Assembly: GCA_031400935.1 (NCBI GenBank)
Contig: JANNQV010000039.1
Coordinates: 50,313 to 70,312, forward strand
Source: Armatimonadota bacterium
Lineage (GTDB): Bacteria > Armatimonadota > Fimbriimonadia > Fimbriimonadales > Fimbriimonadaceae
Direction: 5' to 3'
Length of the DNA: 20,000 nt
Under the pieces are notes generated by a model. That model saw only the letters and a program-made list of their open reading frames with translations. It made no database searches and was not told the DNA's origin. The translations under genes and the position numbers were made by a program. Positions 1 through 7,286 of the stretch are shown in pieces (positions within the stretch are counted from its first letter, which is position 1; each line of letters begins with the position of its first letter).

Positions 1-1506
1 GTTGTAGCCAAAAGAAGCATTCGCTCGCTTCAAGTCTGCGGTTGAAAAGATCGGTTCTCCACCCGACCCAACTCTCTGGCTGATGACCTTGCTGGCACCG
101 CCTGTCAGTTCCGCGGTGAGTCCATTTCGTTCGTAAGATAGCGTGGCGTCTGTCGCCTTTTCATTTCGATTGAATCCGCGTGATTCAACGCTTACATAAG
201 TTGCCGGAACGTCTCGAGTTGATGTCCGAAACCGAAAATCGCCCCAATCGTATCGAACGTCAATCCCTTTAGCGATTCCGCTCATGGGGTTGATTTCGTT
301 TTTCAAGCTGCCTTTCGCCTGATACAGCCGAATTTCGCCACCGGAAGATTTTGATTTTGTGGCAGTATCCAGTTGGCCCGGAACTGCCAAACCCTTTGGT
401 CCTGAACCAATTCGAATCGAATAATCCAATCCAATCACTTCTCTGTCGCCATCCACAGTTGAAGTTGGCGTCGGAGTGTAAATGACCTCGATTGTGGCGG
501 TTGTAGGGACGAAAAATAAGAAAAAGAAGATCGTTGGGTTGTCTAAATCAAATCGAAAATGAACGTTCTCAGTTTGTTCCGATCCGTTGAGAAGCACCCG
601 AATCGGCCTTGTTCGTAAAGGCTCAAACTGCAAGAAATATGGTGTCGAAGGAGCACCAGCGCCTTGAAAGAGCTCACTTCGAGTGCTCAATGCGCCGCTT
701 GTTCCTGTAAGTTGGCGCATCCCGGTCACGCCAATTCTTCCGAACTTGCCCAGATCATACGTCGCGCCGACGCCTTGAATCGTGCCTCGCGAAGAGTTGA
801 AACCGTAAGCCTCAAAACTGATGACAATGGTGCTTGTTGGGCTGATGACCCGGTTGACAAAAGTGATCTCGCCGTATTCATAGCGAATCACATAGTCGTC
901 CACGATTCGCATGGGTTGGCCGTCAACTTCAATCTGTTCTGAACCTGGGACGAGCTGGCTTGAATTCAAATAGAATGGGCCTGATGTGTTGTTTCCTGTA
1001 AACGAAATCGTTCGTGGAGTGCCTTTTGCCTCGCTGTAAATCCCTTTCACACGAAGCGGTCCACTCCCATATTCGATAGATGCGCCCTTGAGCGTTTTTT
1101 GGAAGGATGCAAACCTATTTGAATTTAGCATTGAGCCTTGGATGTCTCCAAGGTGAATTGAGTACGGCTTCTTGTCGTAATCAATGCTCACGTGCTGAGA
1201 GTTCGGGTCAGAAAAACGGTTTGTGTCAACAGTTGCCCGAAAAGTCGCAACGCCAAAGACCTTCTGCCCCGCGAAGCTCATGTTGCCGACATCTGTCCAT
1301 CGTCGGTCTCCATATCCGTAGTAATTCAGCGAATTGAACGCTTCGCGGTCACCTGAAACCGCATGAGAATGGAATCCAAAAGTTCGCGATCCGCTAAGCT
1401 CGATTCGGTCAATCACGTTCTTCTTGAACCATGACCAGTCCACCGCCCACGAATGTCCAATCGTGACCGTGAAGAGCAATCCGCAAATGAGGGCAATCCA
1501 GCGCAT
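1..1506 (-). CDS. Large secreted, putative outer-membrane beta-strand-rich protein with SprA-like inserted domains (3'-truncated by window edge)
   Basis: Not in the ORF track because no stop falls inside the window. Manual translation from ATG 1506 gives 502 open codons to position 1: MRWIALICGLLFTVTIGHSWA-VDWSWFKKNVIDRIELSGSR...GPFYLNSSQLVPGSEQIEVDGQPMRIVDDYVIRYEYGEITF...KGIDVRYDWGDFRFRTS...RANASFGYN. It has an N-terminal signal peptide and many alternating amphipathic strands. It starts 14 nt after the csaB stop. The CDS is well supported; the product call is tentative. Confidence 0.8.
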   Translation of the reverse strand, partial: MRWIALICGLLFTVTIGHSWAVDWSWFKKNVIDRIELSGSRTFGFHSHAVSGDREAFNSLNYYGYGDRRWTDVGNMSFAGQKVFGVATFRATVDTNRFSDPNSQHVSIDYDKKPYSIHLGDIQGSMLNSNRFASFQKTLKGASIEYGSGPLRVKGIYSEAKGTPRTISFTGNNTSGPFYLNSSQLVPGSEQIEVDGQPMRIVDDYVIRYEYGEITFVNRVISPTSTIVISFEAYGFNSSRGTIQGVGATYDLGKFGRIGVTGMRQLTGTSGALSTRSELFQGAGAPSTPYFLQFEPLRTRPIRVLLNGSEQTENVHFRFDLDNPTIFFFLFFVPTTATIEVIYTPTPTSTVDGDREVIGLDYSIRIGSGPKGLAVPGQLDTATKSKSSGGEIRLYQAKGSLKNEINPMSGIAKGIDVRYDWGDFRFRTSTRDVPATYVSVESRGFNRNEKATDATLSYERNGLTAELTGGASKVISQRVGSGGEPIFSTADLKRANASFGYN

Positions 1507-1520
1507 ATAGATTCTGCCAA

Positions 1521-2603
1521 TTATTTGGCGGCAGTCTTACCTTTCAGACAGGTTTGGAGCACCTCAATGTTCAGTTCAGCTTGTTTTCTCAATTCGACTT
1601 GCTTTTTGGCGATGATTTTGCGGTTTCGGTCGCCGTCTTTCAAAAAGCTCATGAAAGTATCGAATAAGCGGTCCGCGGTAAGTCCCTCGATATTTGGAGG
1701 TGCAGGAAGGTCCATCAGCTTTGCGAATGCGATAACTTTTGGATCGTAGCTGATCATAAATGGGGGCACGCCGCAAGTCGCAGCCAAAACACCGCCGTGA
1801 AGCCTCATGGATATTACAGTCTCCATTCTAGAAATTCGTTCCTGAATTTGCATTGGAGAGTACATTCCTCGAATATCGGGCACTTTTCCACCCTGCGTAT
1901 TCCCGATTTTGGTAATCAGGTCTCGGTCAATGGCTTGATCCATCTCGATCAGAACTGGCATCAGGTTAGACTTGTAGAGGAGTCTCGCCATTTCGCCAAA
2001 AAGCTTAATAATGTTTTTGGTTTCCTTTCCAAAGGGCCTCGGAGCAATTCCAATTGTCTTCATATCGCCTATGGAAAAGCCCGAAGAATCTTTATCGTGC
2101 GATGGTTCCCTCATCAGGAACGCCATGTCAGCCGAAACATGCGGAGCGCGCTTAATGCCGATATCCCGAAGCAGTTGAGCAGAGCCTGGATCGCGAACCA
2201 CAACGGCATCAGCCGCCGAAAATGCGCCAACCGCCATTCGCTTTGCAAAAAACGAATTCAGGGGCCCGACGCCTTGGCCCAAGAAAATCACTTTTTTGCC
2301 TGCTTTTTTGGCTTGTTTGACCAAGCCAGCATAGTAGCCAGTGCTTCGAAGCGAGGTTACGTCCTGAAAAATACTCCCGCCAGGAAAGACTAAGGCATCG
2401 CATTCGTCCATTGCGGCTTGAACGGCTTTGAATTCTTTGCGAGGAATGGCTGACATTCCGTACACACGGAATGTGTTTTCGGGGTTTCCGCTTAGAACGG
2501 TGATGTCATACGGCAGTTTGTCAATGCCTTCAGAGAATCCGGCGAGGATTGCATCGTCACCCAGGTTTCCGCACCCAAAATATCCAGCCAATAGGAGTTT
2601 CAT
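1521..2603 (-). CDS. csaB: Polysaccharide pyruvyl transferase CsaB
   Basis: Family motifs GYFGCGNLGDDAIL, PGGSIFQDVTSLRS, GQGVGPL, VVRDPGS, SADMAF, SMRLHG and ISYDPKV; 360 aa. Confidence 0.92.
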   Translation of the reverse strand: MKLLLAGYFGCGNLGDDAILAGFSEGIDKLPYDITVLSGNPENTFRVYGMSAIPRKEFKAVQAAMDECDALVFPGGSIFQDVTSLRSTGYYAGLVKQAKKAGKKVIFLGQGVGPLNSFFAKRMAVGAFSAADAVVVRDPGSAQLLRDIGIKRAPHVSADMAFLMREPSHDKDSSGFSIGDMKTIGIAPRPFGKETKNIIKLFGEMARLLYKSNLMPVLIEMDQAIDRDLITKIGNTQGGKVPDIRGMYSPMQIQERISRMETVISMRLHGGVLAATCGVPPFMISYDPKVIAFAKLMDLPAPPNIEGLTADRLFDTFMSFLKDGDRNRKIIAKKQVELRKQAELNIEVLQTCLKGKTAAK

Positions 2604-4483
2604 GCTTTCTCTTTTTGAAGTTCAGGCAACGCCGCACAGAGTGCGATCCAAAGCACAATGCCAATTAGCCCGCCAATTGCTAATCCAAAACCGATTCTGA
2701 CAAACCCTATTATGAGCGGTGTGTGCAAATGGCACAAGGTGTTTACCATGCTTGTGATGCCGACTGCTCCCACCATCAGGGCAAGTGCCGTCCATCCGCC
2801 CCACTTTTCCTTAAATGTTTCGCTGGATTGACATCGCCCTAACAATGCAATTCCAACGACCAACGCAGGGTTGCCAATCAGGAATTCCTTTGTTCGTGGA
2901 CGCACAACCAATAGATTCTCAAGAATGGAACGTAGCTGCATTTCAAGTCCGCTTACACCCGCAGGATTGTCGTTGCCAGTTCTTGTCATCATGAATCCGA
3001 TCACACCAAGGAATACAATTCCAACAATGGCTTGCATCCAACGGATTGGACTGTTAAGAGCAAGTTTTGAATCGGTGAGCTTTGCAAAATAGAACCAGCC
3101 AACTACGGCGATTGGCAAAAAGACGGCGAGTTTGACTCCAGAAAACTGGTCTGCCCTAAGGAAAAACTGCAAGCCGTTCAAAAGTCCGGCAACTGACATT
3201 CCGCCAAGTAGCGATACAGCAGCCAATCCAAAATAGCGGACGAGCCCATTTCGAGGCATTCGCTCCATCAATATGAATCCACCGACTGGATATGCAAGCG
3301 CGCCAAGCAAAGCGGCATAAGTTCGCGGACTATCAGCCCAGCATCCTGCACCGATTAGCATAACGGCAAGTCCAAAGAAGACTTGTAACCAGCGGAATGA
3401 AACGAGCGACGCAAACGCAAAGAGCGCCATCGGCGCGATGGAAAGTCCAATGGCGGCAAAGAGCCATTGAGGAACTCTTGAATCTTCAAAAGGATGCGCT
3501 GGCAAGACGGACGAGCCTTCGCGTTTCACTTGGTCTGCCACCGCTGCGGTAAGTTCGGCAAAGCTGGTCAGCGGCTTAGCAGACGCACTCGTCAATGGCC
3601 TCAGCAGTAACATCCGAACTCCGCGCTCCGATGCCGCTTTCACATATCTTTCTACATAGCCAGCTTGAGTGAGTTTGTCCACCTCATTGGCCTGAGCTGC
3701 GTGAAGTCGAATGGAGCGTTCTGGAATTGAAGCCAGCATGGCAGGGTCGCCGCCGATTTTGGCAAATTCTGGAGAGGCGTAGATCATCTGAAATTCGGCG
3801 AGGGCGTCTGAGAACGCCTTGACTGAATCGCGCCTGCCTAAGAGTTGTTCTCCGACAGGCAAGAAATATCTAGCGCCGTCTTCTTGTGCCCAGCGGATGG
3901 TTTCGCGAACTCCGCGATCAGAAATTCCCTCTGGGTTTGCGTTTCGGCAGATGATGTCAATTTTTAGCTTTCTAGCGGCGAATGAATATTGAGGATCTAA
4001 ACCTACAGATGTAGTTCGTAAGAGGTTGAGCGAAATCTTCCTTACGCTTAGCTCCGCAACAGGATCATCTTCCAGTAACGAAAGTAACTCGAGTTGATCT
4101 GCTTTCAAATCGAACCGATTTCTCAAACCTCGTTCGACCCGGTTTATGAGATCGGGTGGGCCTGTCAATGAAAGACCTGGCCTGTACTGAGCGGAATAAC
4201 CGAAGGACCTCACTTCGAAGTCACCATTCGCTAGAAGTTGCCCTAGAGTTATTTCGCTGATGACAACTCCGTTCAAACCGTACTTGGACATCGCTGCAAG
4301 AGCTTCTTCAAAGTTGAGCCCTTCAGCCGCCCCTAACGCCTCGATCTGATCCGCTTCTGCGACGATAGAAACAGCCTTATTGAGCGACTCGGCTTTGTAC
4401 CGTAAAGCGAGCGAATATCCGGTCAACCCAGCGCAAACGAGGCACGAGACTGCGATGCCAAAAATTGGATTACGAAAATTCAT
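2600..4483 (-). CDS. DUF5693-like membrane protein (N-terminal anchor, large extracytoplasmic domain, multi-TM C-terminus)
   Basis: Motifs RAASERGVRML-like (here KAASERGVRML), RTGN, RPRTKEFLIGNP and VNTLCHLHTP resemble DUF5693 as I recall it. It has an ATGA overlap with csaB. The start is placed at ATG 4483, preceded by GAGGAGG, rather than TTG 4495. Confidence 0.8.
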   Translation of the reverse strand: MNFRNPIFGIAVSCLVCAGLTGYSLALRYKAESLNKAVSIVAEADQIEALGAAEGLNFEEALAAMSKYGLNGVVISEITLGQLLANGDFEVRSFGYSAQYRPGLSLTGPPDLINRVERGLRNRFDLKADQLELLSLLEDDPVAELSVRKISLNLLRTTSVGLDPQYSFAARKLKIDIICRNANPEGISDRGVRETIRWAQEDGARYFLPVGEQLLGRRDSVKAFSDALAEFQMIYASPEFAKIGGDPAMLASIPERSIRLHAAQANEVDKLTQAGYVERYVKAASERGVRMLLLRPLTSASAKPLTSFAELTAAVADQVKREGSSVLPAHPFEDSRVPQWLFAAIGLSIAPMALFAFASLVSFRWLQVFFGLAVMLIGAGCWADSPRTYAALLGALAYPVGGFILMERMPRNGLVRYFGLAAVSLLGGMSVAGLLNGLQFFLRADQFSGVKLAVFLPIAVVGWFYFAKLTDSKLALNSPIRWMQAIVGIVFLGVIGFMMTRTGNDNPAGVSGLEMQLRSILENLLVVRPRTKEFLIGNPALVVGIALLGRCQSSETFKEKWGGWTALALMVGAVGITSMVNTLCHLHTPLIIGFVRIGFGLAIGGLIGIVLWIALCAALPELQKEKA

Positions 4484-5150
4484 CGTCCTCCTCAAAATTC
4501 CTACCTGCGAGCACTTTCGCCCTGCCTCCCATGATCAAAATAGTCAACATGCCAGCCAAGAATCCACCGGCATGTGCCCAGTTGGCGACACCTTCTTGCC
4601 GAAAGAATATCTGAAACAAGAACCATGACCCAAGAAGGACCCATGCAGCGGCTTCTACTGGAACAGGGACAAAAGGAATGATGATCTCCAATTTGTTTCC
4701 TGGAAACAACAGAAAATAACTTCCCAATACGCCGCCGATGGCCCCAGATGCTCCGACAATGGGAATTGGCGAATGCGGGTCTACAAATATCTGAGCAGCC
4801 GAAGCCGCAAATCCCCAACCTAAATAGTACAGGCTGTATCGCCACGACCCCATCCCTTGTTCAACAGTTGAACCGAAAGTAAGCAGATAAAGCATGTTCC
4901 CCAGCAGGTGCAGCAAATTTCCGTGAAGGAACATGCTGGTAAATAAAGTCACCAAAGGAAACGTTTCGCCGCGCCCCCGGACAGCTTTGTAAACTTGGTC
5001 TGGCCGCATTGCGAGGTCAGAAAAAACCATGCTCGGATTTGTGAGCGATCCACCACGATCCCAAAGAAAAATGATGCAGTTCAACGCGATTAACGTGTAG
5101 GTTACGGCTGGCACAGATTTGCCGTGCCGATTATCGCGGATCGGTAGCAT
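4470..5150 (-). CDS. Rhomboid family intramembrane serine protease
   Basis: Motifs TSMFLHGNLLHLLGNM, catalytic GASGAIGG and AHAGGF; about 6 TM segments; overlaps the downstream gene by 14 nt. Confidence 0.95.
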   Translation of the reverse strand: MLPIRDNRHGKSVPAVTYTLIALNCIIFLWDRGGSLTNPSMVFSDLAMRPDQVYKAVRGRGETFPLVTLFTSMFLHGNLLHLLGNMLYLLTFGSTVEQGMGSWRYSLYYLGWGFAASAAQIFVDPHSPIPIVGASGAIGGVLGSYFLLFPGNKLEIIIPFVPVPVEAAAWVLLGSWFLFQIFFRQEGVANWAHAGGFLAGMLTILIMGGRAKVLAGRNFEEDDEFS

Positions 5151-5158
5151 GAGATTCG

Positions 5159-5164
5159 ATTGTA
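5159..5164 (-). promoter_or_regulatory. Putative -10 box TACAAT for a leaderless or near-leaderless rhomboid operon transcript
   Basis: Minus strand reads ggTACAATcgaatctcATG, with 8 nt between the box and the start codon and no Shine-Dalgarno in between. Confidence 0.5.
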
Positions 5165-5190
5165 CCGGGCTAGGAGTCTAGTTCGGGTTT

Positions 5191-5307
5191 GTTTTGAGAG
5201 TGCGCGGGCTTGACCGCGCTTTCAACCGTGTTCTAAATTCACTCTTGAACCCAAATCGTCAAGCGGCTTCCGTGAAAAGCGCGGTCAAGCCCGCGCACTC
5301 CCAAAAC
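5191..5307. repeat. REP-doublet (REPIN-like) inverted repeat
   Basis: Two 32-bp inverted arms at 5191-5222 (gttttgagagtgcgcgggcttgaccgcgcttt) and 5276-5307 (aaagcgcggtcaagcccgcgcactcccaaaac), with 1 mismatch and a 53-nt spacer. Each arm has its own hairpin, gcgcgg-6nt-ccgcgc. Confidence 0.85.
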
Positions 5308-7286
5308 TACCGATCCCAAAACACGCCAAGCTGACTTTCAGCAGGTGTTGGGCCGCGATCCTTCACCTGAGCCGTGCGAACTGCGTTCTTAGCCCAAGGC
5401 GCACCACTCGGGTACGCATCGTCGCCGCCAAGGTCCATGAACACCCCTAGACATAACGCTCGAATTCGCAGAGAAGTCTTAGGCGCTTCTGTAACCGTTC
5501 CTAAAATCACTCCTGAGGCCTCGTATTTATCGCTACCTGCCGCATCCACAAACCACCCAAAGCCGTTGGCATTGCCCGCCCCAAGGCTCAAATTTGGCGC
5601 TGTATGCGTGTCGTCTCCCAATCGGTCAATCAGAACGCCAATCCCGAAGTCATGCCCAGCGCCTTGAGCCATGTTCATTGGAGCAACGTAGGTGTCATTG
5701 CCGTCGCCATCATCAAGGTATCCAATTGCAAAATGCGCCGATGCTCCCTGAACATACCATTGGCCGAGATATGAATCATTGCCGTTGTCATCGAGCAGCA
5801 TCCCAACTCCTTCCCAATATCCAACGCCTTGTCCAAAAATTCCGCAAGTGTAGGAGTCCTTGCCAGATAGGTCGGCAAGAATTCCAACTCCTCCGGCAAG
5901 GCTGTGCCCGTCCAAATAATCGCCACGACGACCATTTCCAGCGCCTTGCGACATGCTGATATTGTGCTGAGCCGATTGAGCGCTCGGAAGGTCAATCACC
6001 GTATCGTTGGCAACATAATGGTCGTCGCCTGCCCGATCAATGAGCATTCCGACTCCTCCAGTTTGGCCGCACGCTTGCACTTGGCTGAATCCAAAATACT
6101 TGTCGTTTCCGGCATGGTCTTCTAATACGCCGGTCCCAAAGGTTCCAAATCCCTGCGAGTCTTGGTACGAATCGTAAATGTCGTCGCCTGCTTCGTCAAT
6201 GCAAAATGCGATTCCAAATCTCCCGCTTCCGATTCCATTTCGATGTGTTCGGTACAGGTCATTCCCCGCATGGTCCATTAAGATCGAATACCCGAGAACA
6301 GCAGCACTTGGGCCAGGTTTTGAAGCGGCGCCTCCTCTTTGCGGCCATTTTTCAAGTTCCGTGTCACGCAAGGCAATTTCAGAAAGGTAACGGTCATCTC
6401 CATTGGAATCCAAAACTATTGAAATCGGATTCGATGCGCTCCGATTGCATGGCAGGTTCAAATACGTGTCTTGCTTTCCTGTGTCAATCACAAGGAGGCA
6501 AGGTTCGTCATAGGTTGACGACTTGCCGCCTGAAAGGACAAGAGTGCCAAATTTGGTAGCAACCCGAAACGTATACGCAGTGTTTTCATCAACAGTGGCA
6601 ATGCGCACCATTGCTTCTTGGCAAGCGGCAAGAAGGTCAACTCCGCCTGCGCCGAGATAGCCAAGATCAACCTTTGAACCCATTGCTCGAAACCACGCAG
6701 ATTGGCTGATGTCATCGTCTGAAGGCTTCGATGTCAGGCGTTGAAAGGCACTATCAAGTTCAGAAACGGATTGGAAGGCGAGTTTCCTCATTTCCATCGA
6801 AAAGGGCAGCACTCTCAATATCAATGCCGCCGCCGCTTGAACTTCCTTTGGCACAGAAGCAGTTGGTGGGATCGTGCCGGTAACCCATCCCTTTTGCTTC
6901 CAGTCTGCCATTACGACATCTAAGTCGTTTGCCTTCTTCGATGTGTCAATGTGCGACTGAATAGGATCACCAACTAATGATCGCCGAACCTGCCAGCCCA
7001 ATTGGCGCAAGCAAGTAGTTAGCGTATCTTGCGGCTTCGATGCTGAGGAAGCGACTTCTTGACGAATTGTTTGCGCAAAAAGTGGAATTCTCCAAGGATT
7101 TTCGTGACAGGCGTCGTATAAGGGTGTAGTGAACTCTCCTTGGCGAAACATTCTCAGTATATTTGGATCAAAACGAGCCGTTCGTGAAGTGAGACTAGCC
7201 GTCCCCAGGGCAACTTCTAACTCAAAGTCAAATGCTGGAGCTTGGAATGCTGTGACCTGGACGAAGATGAGTGCTAGCAGATTCAT
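5307..7286 (-). CDS. Uncharacterised, probably exported protein with about 12 Gly-rich hhhDxxGxDxY repeats
   Basis: 659-aa ORF with AGGAG 10 nt upstream (7297-7301), a short hydrophobic N-terminus, and repeats such as VLDSNGDDRY, LMDHAGNDLY, CIDEAGDDIY, LEDHAGNDKY and LLDDNGNDSY. Confidence 0.85.
   Translation of the reverse strand: MNLLALIFVQVTAFQAPAFDFELEVALGTASLTSRTARFDPNILRMFRQGEFTTPLYDACHENPWRIPLFAQTIRQEVASSASKPQDTLTTCLRQLGWQVRRSLVGDPIQSHIDTSKKANDLDVVMADWKQKGWVTGTIPPTASVPKEVQAAAALILRVLPFSMEMRKLAFQSVSELDSAFQRLTSKPSDDDISQSAWFRAMGSKVDLGYLGAGGVDLLAACQEAMVRIATVDENTAYTFRVATKFGTLVLSGGKSSTYDEPCLLVIDTGKQDTYLNLPCNRSASNPISIVLDSNGDDRYLSEIALRDTELEKWPQRGGAASKPGPSAAVLGYSILMDHAGNDLYRTHRNGIGSGRFGIAFCIDEAGDDIYDSYQDSQGFGTFGTGVLEDHAGNDKYFGFSQVQACGQTGGVGMLIDRAGDDHYVANDTVIDLPSAQSAQHNISMSQGAGNGRRGDYLDGHSLAGGVGILADLSGKDSYTCGIFGQGVGYWEGVGMLLDDNGNDSYLGQWYVQGASAHFAIGYLDDGDGNDTYVAPMNMAQGAGHDFGIGVLIDRLGDDTHTAPNLSLGAGNANGFGWFVDAAGSDKYEASGVILGTVTEAPKTSLRIRALCLGVFMDLGGDDAYPSGAPWAKNAVRTAQVKDRGPTPAESQLGVFWDR

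Noticed and set aside
1507..1520. TGgCAGAAT -10-like box upstream of the OM-protein gene
   Set aside because: It lies only 4 nt from the ATG, too close for a confident leaderless promoter; read-through from csaB is the simpler explanation.
664..1749. Short plus-strand ORFs (92, 76 and 98 aa)
   Set aside because: They are antisense shadows of the long open minus-strand CDS at 1-1506 and of csaB, with no recognisable motifs.
1797..2393. 198-aa plus-strand ORF
   Set aside because: It is fully antisense to csaB and has no protein-like features.
5191..5307. CRISPR mini-array or IS ends
   Set aside because: The repeats are inverted rather than direct, there are only two copies, and the window has no cas or transposase gene and no evident target-site duplication.
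7129..7251. Track start of the hydrolase at 7129
   Set aside because: It would overlap the opposite gene by about 158 nt and bury the signal peptide.
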